From: a virus
Length of the DNA: 49,213 nucleotides
Virus record (IMG/VR): IMGVR_UViG_3300012090_000181
Reading direction: 5' to 3' (one strand)
The translations under genes and the position numbers were made by a program. The notes beneath the pieces were generated by a model. That model was not told the DNA's origin, did not search any database, and saw only the letters and a list, made by a program, of their open reading frames with translations. Within the stretch, counting starts at the first letter, position 1; every line of letters starts with the position of its first letter. This document shows, piece by piece, positions 19,026 through 28,101 of this stretch.

Positions 19026-19391
19026 TTATCCTCGCAGAAGTTCTTCTGCTATCAGCACCTCGGCTGGGGTGGCCGGCCGAGCGACGTATTGTGCTTCACT
19101 CATGTGCTTGACGAAGGCGGGCTCGGGGACCACTCCGTGCCGGCTTAGGTAGAACGCCAGCTCGGCCGACCAGAGCCAGGAACCGTCGGTTCGAAAACCT
19201 ACCGGCACGACGGCGGCGTGATCAGGGCTGAGCCAGTCTTCGGTCAATCCCGATGCTCTCAGCACTACGGAGCCGCCTTCGAGGAACCGCAAGATCTCGG
19301 CCTTCGGCGACTTCTCATCGGCAATACCGAGAGTCGGATCGAGGACCGGAGCACCGTCCTCCAGGTACGACCAGAGACGCGCAACCTTCAT
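19026..19391 (-). CDS. Hypothetical protein with TDGxWxW motif (possible toxin-immunity-type protein)
   Basis: ILRFLEGG...VPVGFRTDGSWLWSAELAFYLSRHGVVP resembles an actinobacterial family I associate with secreted-toxin loci. Confidence 0.6.
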   Translation of the reverse strand: MKVARLWSYLEDGAPVLDPTLGIADEKSPKAEILRFLEGGSVVLRASGLTEDWLSPDHAAVVPVGFRTDGSWLWSAELAFYLSRHGVVPEPAFVKHMSEAQYVARPATPAEVLIAEELLRG

Positions 19392-19609
19392 TGTCCGATT
19401 CCCTTCGCCACAATCGTGATGATAGACCACGCACCGGGAATAACCCGGATCAGCGATCTTTGATGATCTTCGGCCAGATTCTGCAAGAAAGGATCAGGGC
19501 AGTGGATACGAGGCCGCAATGAGAACGTGGCGCCCGCGAAAGATGCGCCCGCGATGCTTGTATGATCGCCGGTTGAACCGAAAGGCGCACTCTGCTAAAC
19601 TTTGTCGTT

Positions 19610-19960
19610 ATGGCCACCAGCAGTCCTAGCGAGATCACGGCAGAGCAGATCCTCTATGGCCGCCGCCTGCCTGCGATGCAGGCGGAGCAGGCCGCCGGAC
19701 TGCAAGCAGGCCTGCGCATCGGATCGCGTGAGCTGAAACTGCTCAACTACCTGGCCGGGTATCATGACCCGACGCATCCGGGTCATAAACATTTCATCCA
19801 CACCAGTATCCTCAAGGCCGATGTCAGCAGCGGCGCATTGGCCTCATTGAAGCGGATGGTCGAGAAGGGCTGGATCGAGCAAGATAGCACCGGCGGCATG
19901 ACCTCATCCTGGACGATCACTCCCGAGGGCTATGCTCTGTGGGAGCAGCAAGGTGTCTGA
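19610..19960 (+). CDS. ILYG-tagged winged-helix-like protein
   Basis: MATSSPSEITAEQILYGRRL; SLKRMVEKGWIE...WTITPEGYAL. Confidence 0.78.
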   Translation: MATSSPSEITAEQILYGRRLPAMQAEQAAGLQAGLRIGSRELKLLNYLAGYHDPTHPGHKHFIHTSILKADVSSGALASLKRMVEKGWIEQDSTGGMTSSWTITPEGYALWEQQGV

Positions 19961-20015
19961 AAGGCGTACAGCCAGAATCAGCGGATACCAGAACAAATCT
20001 GTTATATTGTCGCTG

Positions 20016-20276
20016 ATGAGCCTGATCTCCCGCATCGACGAGATACTGGATCGCCGGCCCCGCTGGGAGCAGCTCGGTGACACGACCATTGCTTCGGCCA
20101 TCGGGTCGGCAGTCATCGTAGGATCGTTCGCCGGGACGATCGGGGCGATCGTAGGAGCTGTCGCCGGAGCCCTGTTCGGGGCAACGTGGTCATGGCGGCA
20201 CCTGTATCACGGTGGAGCAGAGAAGCGAGCAGCGGCACGGGCAGCGGCGATCAGCTCCCGACAGGAGGAAAGATGA
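20016..20276 (+). CDS. Small glycine-zipper membrane protein
   Basis: GSAVIVGSFAGTIGAIVGAVAGALFG; TATATT 7 nt before ATG. Confidence 0.65.
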   Translation: MSLISRIDEILDRRPRWEQLGDTTIASAIGSAVIVGSFAGTIGAIVGAVAGALFGATWSWRHLYHGGAEKRAAARAAAISSRQEER

Positions 20277-20671
20277 CTCATGATCTTGACGGAGATGCTG
20301 TCCTGTACGGCGCTCTCCTGCCGACCGGTCTCCGGATTCATCCGGAGGCTGCGGGCAACGAAGGTGATGGGGAGCAGAGCCTCGGTTCTGTGCCGCTGTC
20401 CCCGCAGATGAAGAATATCATCGACGTCTTGGATCAGGTGCCTGGTTGCACCACTGCCACTCTCCATGCCAAAGTACGGCCGACGATCAGCGGGCCGCGC
20501 TATCTCCAGGGCGAGAACGGTGTCGAAGGTCAGCTCCGACAGGCTGAAGCGGACGGGCTGGTCCGCAAGATGCACACCAATCCATTGTCGCAGGCACATA
20601 CTTCCGGCCCTGATGACACCCATTGGGTCCTGACCGAAGCCGGACTAGAGATGGCAGAAAAGCATCGTTGA
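20273..20671 (+). CDS. VLYG-tagged winged-helix-like protein
   Basis: MTHDLDGDAVLYG; QLRQAEADGLV...WVLTEAGLEMA; GGAGG SD and ATGA coupling. Confidence 0.75.
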   Translation: MTHDLDGDAVLYGALLPTGLRIHPEAAGNEGDGEQSLGSVPLSPQMKNIIDVLDQVPGCTTATLHAKVRPTISGPRYLQGENGVEGQLRQAEADGLVRKMHTNPLSQAHTSGPDDTHWVLTEAGLEMAEKHR

Positions 20672-21043
20672 GCAGATGGCGAGATTCGCGGCTGAGGCTC
20701 CCGTGTAGACGTCGGAGGTTCAGGGACACCTCGAGGCGTGTGAAAATATCTCAGAGCGGCGCTGAGCTGGATCTACGGCCCCTTTCTGATGTCAGAATCT
20801 CGAGTGTTTGCCGATGGAGAAAAGCTGATACCGGAAAGATCGCCCTGATTCGGTCTCTGAGCAGCTCCCCCTCGCCGGAAAGGAAGTCTCGGTGTCAGCG
20901 CGGTCCTCTGAAATCGCCTGGAGAGGTGGTCTGGTGTCAAGGTGTGTTTTTGAGTGATCAACTGCTCATGGTCACAAGAAGCTTATTCTTGTTTCTCCGA
21001 GAGATAGAGGTTCGGACATCGAACTCTGCCTTACGTTTCCAGT

Positions 21044-21502
21044 ATGATCTACCTGCGCTATCTCGGCTATCTGCTGAAACATAAGTACCATGTCTGGTGC
21101 CAAGGCCGCAAGCTGGGTCTGGCTAGATGGCGCATGTTGATACATGACTGGTCCAAGTTCAGCCCGTCCGAGTACGGGCCTTGGTCTCGTCGTCATGCCA
21201 ATGGGCGCGGCGGAGTTATGGATATGCGTAAAGATCCGGACGAGTTCCATCGGGCCTGGGTGCATCATCGTGAGCATAGCCCACATCATTGGGAGCACTG
21301 GTTACGCACGGATGCCGAAGGTCGAGAGCGGCCTGATGATATTCCTGAGACCTACATCCGTGAGATGGTCGCCGACTGGCGTGGAGCCTCTTTGGCGCGG
21401 AACCGGGGCCTGGATGTGCGCCCTTGGTATCTGGAGCACCGTGACCAGATGAAGTTGTCACCCAAGACCAGAGCCAGAGTAGAAGAACTGATCGAATTGT
21501 GA
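21044..21502 (+). CDS. DUF5662-like HD-type protein
   Basis: HK...IHDWSKFSPSEY...AWVHHREHSPHHWEHW...EMVADW. Confidence 0.82.
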   Translation: MIYLRYLGYLLKHKYHVWCQGRKLGLARWRMLIHDWSKFSPSEYGPWSRRHANGRGGVMDMRKDPDEFHRAWVHHREHSPHHWEHWLRTDAEGRERPDDIPETYIREMVADWRGASLARNRGLDVRPWYLEHRDQMKLSPKTRARVEELIEL

Positions 21503-21584
21503 TCCTGGCCGGGTGGTCTCGACCAGATCGAGAAAGGCCTGAGTCCTTGTAGCACTCGCATCACCTGTAAGACCGTGGATCAGA

Positions 21585-21881
21585 TCAGCTGTCGTCTGCT
21601 GTCATCCGGGCCAGCTGTTGATCGAATGCTTCTGCATCAGCAGCGATCAACGCGCCGAAATCGATCTGAAGTGCCTGCGCGATACTGGCGATCTGATGCA
21701 ATCCCGGAGAAAGTATGCTGCCCTGTTCAAGACGTGAGATCCCGGATTGGTCGATCCCGACTGACGCAGCAAGCTCCCCCTGACTTAGTCTCCTACTCTC
21801 ACGCACTTGGCGGAGACGCCGAGCCAATGTCGCAGTGTCGGCTATGTCAGGGGGAGAAGTGCATGCGTTGATGTTACTCAT
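21585..21881 (-). CDS. XRE-family helix-turn-helix regulator
   Basis: LRQVRESRRLSQGELAASVGIDQSGISRLEQG...IAQAL. Confidence 0.9.
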   Translation of the reverse strand: MSNINACTSPPDIADTATLARRLRQVRESRRLSQGELAASVGIDQSGISRLEQGSILSPGLHQIASIAQALQIDFGALIAADAEAFDQQLARMTADDS

Positions 21882-21895
21882 CGGCCTTTCAAGCT

Positions 21896-21909
21896 ATGCA
21901 AATATGCAT
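21896..21909. promoter_or_regulatory. Possible XRE operator
   Basis: ATGCA-aata-TGCAT palindrome 15 nt upstream of the XRE start. Confidence 0.35.
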
Positions 21910-22168
21910 GAAACTAAATGGCTGCCCCCAGATTTTCGCTTGGTTGATCGAATTTTTCTGAAATCAACGGCAAAGAACTCACTCGAGCATTTACTCAAAT
22001 AGCGCTGAGCGCCGGCCGAGACGCGGCTGCATCATGCCTTCATCTTGCTCATTTTGAGGCCCTGTCTGACACGCCTCAAGATCATATTACTTATTTATCA
22101 GTAGCAACTTATACTCGATAATCAGCAACGAAAAGCCCGCAATCGCCGATAAATGCTACATTTTAGAC

Positions 22169-22441
22169 ATGACCGATTGGCAAGACATCGTGTTCTCCAG
22201 CGGAGCCATCGTCCTCAGCCTGGCGCTGCTGCCCTCGATCTTCGGCATCACCAAGCCGGCTCTGAGTACCAGCTGCCTGACCGCCGGGACCTTGACCTTG
22301 TTCGTGATGGCTTTCGCCAGCCTTGGTCTCTGGTATTCGGCCGGAGCCAACAGCGTCTCCTGTCTGCTCTGGCTGATCCTGGCCTTCCAGGTCTGGAGAA
22401 AAGAGCAGAGGACGATCAGGCAACAGGTAAAAGCAGAATAG
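22169..22441 (+). CDS. Small three-TM membrane protein (PQ-loop/SemiSWEET-like size)
   Basis: Three hydrophobic helices; TACATT 6 nt before ATG. Confidence 0.7.
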   Translation: MTDWQDIVFSSGAIVLSLALLPSIFGITKPALSTSCLTAGTLTLFVMAFASLGLWYSAGANSVSCLLWLILAFQVWRKEQRTIRQQVKAE

Positions 22442-22446
22442 GCCAG

Positions 22447-23418
22447 CTAGCTATTGACTATTGTTTGCTGCTGTTTCGTGTTGGTCGCTTGTTCACTCAC
22501 AACCTTTGCTACTGCCGTGAGAGCGGTCAGATCATCGCTCATACCTTCAAGTCCTTCGGCTATCTTGTCTAGCAGTAGCCGGTGGGCATCTGGCAACAGC
22601 CGATATTTTTGCATCAAACCACGCATAGCATCGGGTAAGGTCTTGTTCAGCTTGTCCAGGTAATCGAGTACCTTTTCCACTATGAACTGGCGCGCTTCAT
22701 CAGCGTTTCTGAATTCTTCGACCAGCTGAAAATCCGCGTTCCTGGTTTGGAAACCATTCTCAGAATTGGCTACGAGGTCCCCATCTCTCAGCTGCGTTAC
22801 GGGAGCACAACGCAGTGTCCCTTCTGCTTCATTCCATACAACTAAGAAGTAGTCCCGAAACTCGCCGTCGAGCAATGGCAGAGCATTCCTAGCGAGCTGT
22901 TCCAATTCTTTTTTAAGGAAAAACGGTTTGAGCAAGGGGTCGGCCATCTTGTGCGGAGCTCCCAACAGATGGCCGAAGATAGCCATGCCGCCTATGTTAT
23001 CCTTTTGGCTCTTCTTATCGCCTTTGGTAAACTTAGCATTACAGGGGATTCTGTGGCCTGCCCACTCAATGCCGAAATCTACCCAATGATCGTCAGAAAG
23101 TTTCCAGCTGCCGCGAACATGATCAACAAATTTTATAGGACGACCTTTGTAATAAACTCCCTGCTTGCAGGCCGCTTTGAGATGCTTCTTGATAAAGTTC
23201 TCTACCTTTGGGGCTTTACCCCTTCTCGATGCACCTTTTTCGCATTTTGACCGTTTGATTTCTTCAGCCAGGAGTTTAGTATCAATATGAGAACACACAG
23301 CAGCAAATATGTCGAGAGCATGTTCGCAATACTCCGGATGGCTTTCTATACGGGCAGCGATTGTAAGTGCTTCCTGCACCATGTCCGGTAATATAGCGCA
23401 TTCTGCGCCGTAGGTCAA
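22447..23418 (-). CDS. Putative type II restriction endonuclease
   Basis: Directly downstream of the N6-MTase on the same strand; lower GC; VENFI...VDFGI...PCNAKFT (PD-(D/E)XK variant); start uncertain. Confidence 0.6.
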   Translation of the reverse strand: MTYGAECAILPDMVQEALTIAARIESHPEYCEHALDIFAAVCSHIDTKLLAEEIKRSKCEKGASRRGKAPKVENFIKKHLKAACKQGVYYKGRPIKFVDHVRGSWKLSDDHWVDFGIEWAGHRIPCNAKFTKGDKKSQKDNIGGMAIFGHLLGAPHKMADPLLKPFFLKKELEQLARNALPLLDGEFRDYFLVVWNEAEGTLRCAPVTQLRDGDLVANSENGFQTRNADFQLVEEFRNADEARQFIVEKVLDYLDKLNKTLPDAMRGLMQKYRLLPDAHRLLLDKIAEGLEGMSDDLTALTAVAKVVSEQATNTKQQQTIVNS

Positions 23419-23422
23419 GCAG

Positions 23423-25027
23423 CTATTGCAGCAGCTGACCGATCAGGATATCTATTTCGTTCAGCTTGCCTTGATCGAGTTCTGTCCCGGAAGCTTGGAC
23501 AGTGAGTTCCTTGGCCAGTCTGGCGATCTGATCTCGCAGTTTGATTTCAGCGTCGGCTGCGACGTCGATCTCCCGATAAGGAATCTGGCTGACATATGCT
23601 TGTGTGTATCGGGTTCGATGGCCAGTTCTGGATCCTTTGACCCGATACCAGTCCTGGACCCAACTGCTGTTCAGCCATCCGAGCAGGTAGTAGAGTGTCT
23701 GTTCATCGGCTCCGGCATTGCTCAGACAGAGAACATCACCGGCAGCGTAGACCTCATCGGTGGTCAAGCAGAACCTGGAGACCGGGCTGCGATCTATACA
23801 GGGAACGAAAATCTTCGGCTTGGAGGCGTTGTTCTTGAACACGTCCAGATTACGCACTGTCGCCCACTCCCACCAGCGATCGCTTCTACTGCCGTACCTC
23901 GCGTCCAGTTTCTCACTATGGCCGAGCAGGTGCTTGTGTATCCACGGGTATCGCTTCTTCAGCTCGGCTTCATCGGACACGGCCTCGGGAAAGATCATCG
24001 GAGAGGTGGCTCCGAAGTCGAAGGGACGACATGAACGGGCCTTGGCGAATGAATGCATCAGTTTGCGCTCGTTGCTCGGGACCGACTTCAGCTGTTCCGC
24101 ATCCAGCAGATATGCTTTGTCATAACCGCTGACGATGCCGACCGAGACCTCGAAAGCATCGGCGATGGTCTTTCCTTTGGTTGCCTTCTCCAGCTTGGAT
24201 ACTGTCCTTTCTTCTTTCGGGGTCGCCAGATACCATAGGCCCTTCGCCGGCATCTGGCGGCTGGTGAAAAAGCGCCAGCCATCAGCAGAGTGAGCTGACA
24301 ATCTGGTAGGATCGAGCTTGTCCGTTTCTCGTCTCAACGTCTGGAGTAGTTCCTCTGTCTTTCCGGTTCTCGGCTCGAACTCGGCGACTTTGACATAGGG
24401 TGATTTCTTCGCGCCGCGTCGGTACTTGAAGATCAGAGCGTTGGGAGCACAATCAGAGAACAGCTTGTACTCGCTGAAATGAGCCAATAGCTCGAAGTGG
24501 CCATGATCAGCCAGGTATTTACGCAAAGAGGCGGCATAGGTGGAGTTGAACCAATTGTAAGGGACGACAAGGATCAGCTCGCCTTGGTCTTCGAGCTTCT
24601 CGACGCTCCAGATGATGAAGGCATAAAGCAGATCCCATTCGCCATTGACGTACTGCTTCCAGAATGGATCGGTTCGCAAGTACTCACGGACTTCTGGGGC
24701 GACATTGTTCCATTGGACATATGGCGGATTGCCGATGATCAGTTCATAGCGTTCGTCGGCCGGACTGTCCAGGTAGTTGCCACAGCGAGCATCTACCTTG
24801 TCGCCGAACTTCTTGCTGACAAAACGATGATTCTCCGGATCGAGATCGTAACCGGTCAGGTCAGTATGGCCGGCATCCACCAATGCTTGCAGGAAGACAC
24901 CCTGACCATAGCCGGCCTCGAGCACGGGAGCATCCTTCGGTTGATCGGATAAGCTGACCATATATTCGGCAACCGCCGGTGAGGTATAGAACTGTCCCAG
25001 GCGGATCTTTTTATCGGATCGGGTCAC
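23423..25027 (-). CDS. N6-adenine DNA methyltransferase, gamma class (TaqI/Eco57I-like) with C-terminal target-recognition domain
   Basis: LGQFYTS, VLEAGYGQGVFL, YDLD, IIGNPPY, YLLGWLNS. Confidence 0.93.
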   Translation of the reverse strand: MTRSDKKIRLGQFYTSPAVAEYMVSLSDQPKDAPVLEAGYGQGVFLQALVDAGHTDLTGYDLDPENHRFVSKKFGDKVDARCGNYLDSPADERYELIIGNPPYVQWNNVAPEVREYLRTDPFWKQYVNGEWDLLYAFIIWSVEKLEDQGELILVVPYNWFNSTYAASLRKYLADHGHFELLAHFSEYKLFSDCAPNALIFKYRRGAKKSPYVKVAEFEPRTGKTEELLQTLRRETDKLDPTRLSAHSADGWRFFTSRQMPAKGLWYLATPKEERTVSKLEKATKGKTIADAFEVSVGIVSGYDKAYLLDAEQLKSVPSNERKLMHSFAKARSCRPFDFGATSPMIFPEAVSDEAELKKRYPWIHKHLLGHSEKLDARYGSRSDRWWEWATVRNLDVFKNNASKPKIFVPCIDRSPVSRFCLTTDEVYAAGDVLCLSNAGADEQTLYYLLGWLNSSWVQDWYRVKGSRTGHRTRYTQAYVSQIPYREIDVAADAEIKLRDQIARLAKELTVQASGTELDQGKLNEIDILIGQLLQ

Positions 25028-25170
25028 TCACCTGAAGATAGCCGGCCGCTGCTGCGTCGGAGAGCTTTTCGACAGCTCAGGTCGCGCGTAGGCCTCGGAG
25101 CTGAAAGATCATCTGGCCTTGGAAAATAAGAACAGTGACAACAATCTCTCAGACCAGGATGAGGAGATTT

Positions 25171-25530
25171 TCATGCATCAGAAGAGGCCGAGGAGGTCTC
25201 GGGCAAGGGGCAATCCACGTTGCTGCAACCATCAGGTCCGGGCGGATAAGTGCAGACAGAACACTCCGGGAGTGTGCTCGGGTCGATGCCGTTCTCGGCG
25301 CAGTATTGTTCATGATCCTGGCGGCGCATCTCCGGGCGGATCGCTTCGAGCAAGGAAAGACAGCGGGCATACTCGCCGGCTTTGCCACCCGAGGCGAAAC
25401 CGATGAAATCATCTCCGAACTTGTTCAGCCGCTTTTCCTCACCGGCCTTGAGACCATCGGCTCGTTCTTGCAAAGCTTCACAGATCGTGTTCCAGTCATT
25501 GAAGTCCCGAGTTATCGTGATCTCGCTCAT
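25171..25530 (-). CDS. Hypothetical protein with C-terminal Cys cluster
   Basis: CSVC...CSNVDC; TATCAT 6 nt before ATG. Confidence 0.65.
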   Translation of the reverse strand: MSEITITRDFNDWNTICEALQERADGLKAGEEKRLNKFGDDFIGFASGGKAGEYARCLSLLEAIRPEMRRQDHEQYCAENGIDPSTLPECSVCTYPPGPDGCSNVDCPLPETSSASSDA

Positions 25531-25557
25531 ATCGTAATGATAGCGGCTTTCCCACGT

Positions 25558-26079
25558 TCAAGATTTTCCCGGATTGATCCGGTAGAGCCAGCCCTCTGCC
25601 TTCGCTGCCAGCTGATGCATATCGGCCTCTACGCACTGCCGCCGGATCTCCTCAAGGCGATCAACAGCGTCTGCTATCTCACCACGTCTGAAGAGGTCGG
25701 CAGCACCATCGATCGCCTCGCCGATGAACTCTTCGATCTCCTGGCGTTCAGGACGCGATGGTAATGGATCATCTTTTCCCAGAGACAGGTGCCGCCCCAG
25801 CTCAGAACGTCCGGCCAGGGTCAGGGCATAGACAGGTTGCGTCCGGGTCTCAGCATTGGTAGCCGACGAAGAATAGACCAGTCCCTCAGCGATCAGCTCC
25901 GACAGTTTGCGCCGGACCGGCTCTTTGCCTGCTTCTACCCGCCGGGCCAGATCAGCAGGTGAGGCGGGGCTGTCGCCAAGCGCGATCAGCAGCTGCCGTC
26001 GGAGCGGGAACTGCTCCGCCTGAGCGATCTCATCGCGTTCTGCCTTGAGACGTTTCCTTGCCGCCTCTGCTTCGGTCAT
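25558..26079 (-). CDS. ArsR/MarR-like winged-helix regulator
   Basis: PLRRQLLIALGDSPASPADLARRV...LSELIAEGLV...YALTLAGR; TACAAT 6 nt before ATG. Confidence 0.8.
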   Translation of the reverse strand: MTEAEAARKRLKAERDEIAQAEQFPLRRQLLIALGDSPASPADLARRVEAGKEPVRRKLSELIAEGLVYSSSATNAETRTQPVYALTLAGRSELGRHLSLGKDDPLPSRPERQEIEEFIGEAIDGAADLFRRGEIADAVDRLEEIRRQCVEADMHQLAAKAEGWLYRINPGKS

Positions 26080-26150
26080 ATAGAGATTGTATCGTCTCCT
26101 TCAAGGCACGGCGATGTTCGCCCTGCATGGACCGGAAGGGACTACGCCGG

Positions 26151-26369
26151 TCAGCAGGAACCTTGGTCTGAAGGCTGGTCCTGGATCTCAGACCAGGAAG
26201 CACCGGCGAAGTCGACCGCCAGCCCGTTCTCCTCGAAGATCTTTATAGCTGCCTGCGTGGCGCTGATCGCCGGATCATCGGCGGCCTGGGCCAGATCCTG
26301 ATCGGTGACGTAGATCGAGATCCGCAGGCGATGGCCCCAGGGCCGAGCTTCCTGACCAGGACCGTTCAT
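26151..26369 (-). CDS. Small hypothetical protein
   Basis: ATGA-coupled to the upstream ORF. Confidence 0.6.
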   Translation of the reverse strand: MNGPGQEARPWGHRLRISIYVTDQDLAQAADDPAISATQAAIKIFEENGLAVDFAGASWSEIQDQPSDQGSC

Positions 26370-26554
26370 AGTTCCGGCTTCTCGTGCGCCCGTAGTCCGA
26401 TCACGGTCAGACAGACAAAGCCGACCAGACCGATCACGATACCGAAGACCATCATCGCGCCTCCGTTCGGGATCGCGCCGAAGGCGAAACCGAGGCAGAA
26501 GATGAAAGCCAAGGCCAGGAAACCGTTCGTATTCACCGCGTCACCTTGGCCCAT
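26366..26554 (-). CDS. Small two-TM membrane protein
   Basis: Hydrophobic ORF in an overlapping gene run; GTG 26536 is an alternative start. Confidence 0.6.
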   Translation of the reverse strand: MGQGDAVNTNGFLALAFIFCLGFAFGAIPNGGAMMVFGIVIGLVGFVCLTVIGLRAHEKPEL

Positions 26555-27018
26555 AGCTCCCGCTCATACAAGGCATCGGCGCTGTTGCACCAGCGGATCG
26601 TCTTCTTGCAGTCGGAGTTATGGATCACTCGTTCGCCGGCATCGGTCAGAATCTGGTAGATCAGCGTGCCATCACCATCCCAATACCAGACGACGTTGAT
26701 CGTCGCTCCGGCGACCTCGAAAGTATAGCCGGTGGAAGTGTCGATCTCTTCCTGACGATAACCCCAGTCATCAGGATCGTCCTCGGGACCAAAAGCAGCG
26801 GCGAGGATCTCGGCCCGCGCGTCCTTGTCCAGGGGGCGGGCATCCTCGATGACCTCGAAAGTACTGTAGCAACCCAGGCCCCAATCAGTCTCATCCGTGT
26901 TGTTGGCCGGGAAGGTCAGTCCGCGTAGCAACTCACCGGCGACGTCTGCCGAGGTGTTCAGGAAGACATCGGCATCGGACCCTTTGACCATCTGCTTGGC
27001 ATCGTGATGACTGATCAT
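26533..27018 (-). CDS. Acidic hypothetical protein (WDGDG...NSDCKK motif)
   Basis: TATAAT 6 nt before ATG 27018 (MISHHDAK...). Confidence 0.72.
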   Translation of the reverse strand: MISHHDAKQMVKGSDADVFLNTSADVAGELLRGLTFPANNTDETDWGLGCYSTFEVIEDARPLDKDARAEILAAAFGPEDDPDDWGYRQEEIDTSTGYTFEVAGATINVVWYWDGDGTLIYQILTDAGERVIHNSDCKKTIRWCNSADALYERELWAKVTR

Positions 27019-27081
27019 GGCCTGATTATAGCATATCGGATCGGACACGACCTGGGAGGGCAGATGCCTTATGTTTTTCAC

Positions 27082-28014
27082 ATGGCAAGCAGCACAGAAC
27101 GAGCCGAACCCGAAGATAAGACCTACCCGAAGGCCTTGTTGGGCTATCGGGCCTGGTTGTTGAGCGAAGGCGAGCTGCACCCGCTCCATTCACGGGCCGC
27201 GCCTGCCTGGCGGCCGGGAGAAAACATCGCTGTCTGCACGTCGATCGGGTCTGCGCTTCATCCGCATCAGGCCCCGAAGCATGATTGCCGCTGCGGTTTC
27301 AACGTCTATCATTCGCTGGGCATGGCCATCGGCGAGTACCAGAACTGGCTGGGGCGCTGGCAGGCAGAGAAAGGCGGTATCCCTCCGGTCACCCTGCTGC
27401 TGGGAGCGGTTGCCGGCAAAGGCAAGATCGAGATACATAGTGATGGTTTCCGTTGTGAGAGCGCGCAGATTCTTGCCTTGTTCTCGCCGAAATGCCCAGA
27501 TAAGCAGGTGCCAGACGATCTGGATCTTGTCGCCGATCACTATGGTGTAGCTCTTTATCGCCTTCACGCTCACGAAGATCTGGACGCGGCGATAAAGACT
27601 TTCGAGACGGCGGTTGAGGCGATCAAGCAGAAACACTCACTGATTTCCGCTGCTGATGATATCCCGACGATGATCCCGCCACAGGCCGATCCGACGGAGT
27701 TGGTGCTGTTGCAATGCAGACAATGCGGGTACATGGAACGAACTTTCAGGCATGTCGCTCATTCGACCTGGTGCCCTTATTCGATACATCCCGGACGGCT
27801 CCGGACGGACGGCCTGCATCCGACCCAGCTGATGGAAGCGTGTGACCTGAGCAAGGGCTGGACGCCCTGGAATCCAGACACCGGCGAACCGCGCAAGCGG
27901 CCTGCGCTGTCGAAGTCGTATCTGCCTGAGGACAGGATGGCTTTCTATGTGGCAGTGGTCATCCTGCTGGCGATGCTGATCGTTGCGGCCCAGGATCTCG
28001 TTCCGAGACTCTAG
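27082..28014 (+). CDS. HxAPxxxCxCG-motif protein with added Cys/His module and C-terminal TM anchor
   Basis: LLGYRAW...PAWRPGENIAVC...HQAPKHDCRCGFNVYH; CRQC...WCP; terminal hydrophobic helix; TATGTT 6 nt before ATG. Confidence 0.8.
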   Translation: MASSTERAEPEDKTYPKALLGYRAWLLSEGELHPLHSRAAPAWRPGENIAVCTSIGSALHPHQAPKHDCRCGFNVYHSLGMAIGEYQNWLGRWQAEKGGIPPVTLLLGAVAGKGKIEIHSDGFRCESAQILALFSPKCPDKQVPDDLDLVADHYGVALYRLHAHEDLDAAIKTFETAVEAIKQKHSLISAADDIPTMIPPQADPTELVLLQCRQCGYMERTFRHVAHSTWCPYSIHPGRLRTDGLHPTQLMEACDLSKGWTPWNPDTGEPRKRPALSKSYLPEDRMAFYVAVVILLAMLIVAAQDLVPRL

Positions 28015-28073
28015 ACGGCCCAGGATCCTATCGGACTCTGGTCGGCCCAGGATCCTATCGGACTCTGGTCGGC
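27986..28073 (+). repeat. 27-bp tandem repeat (two exact copies plus one degenerate copy)
   Basis: CGGCCCAGGATCCTATCGGACTCTGGT at 28016 and 28043; degenerate copy at 27986. Confidence 0.9.
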
Positions 28074-28101
28074 ACCGGTCTTACTGTATTGACCGACAGG
28101 G

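Noticed and set aside
21585-21909. XRE gene as the R-M controller (C) protein
   Set aside because: It lies downstream of the nuclease and is separated by another gene; C genes normally precede the endonuclease.
25135-25764. Long antisense ORFs (e.g. 25135..25764, 11161..11787, 23426..24034, 35154..35975)
   Set aside because: They are shadows of better-supported genes on the opposite strand or frame in GC-rich DNA, with no motifs or start signals.
27986-28073. CRISPR array
   Set aside because: The repeats are directly adjacent with no unique spacers, and no cas genes are present.
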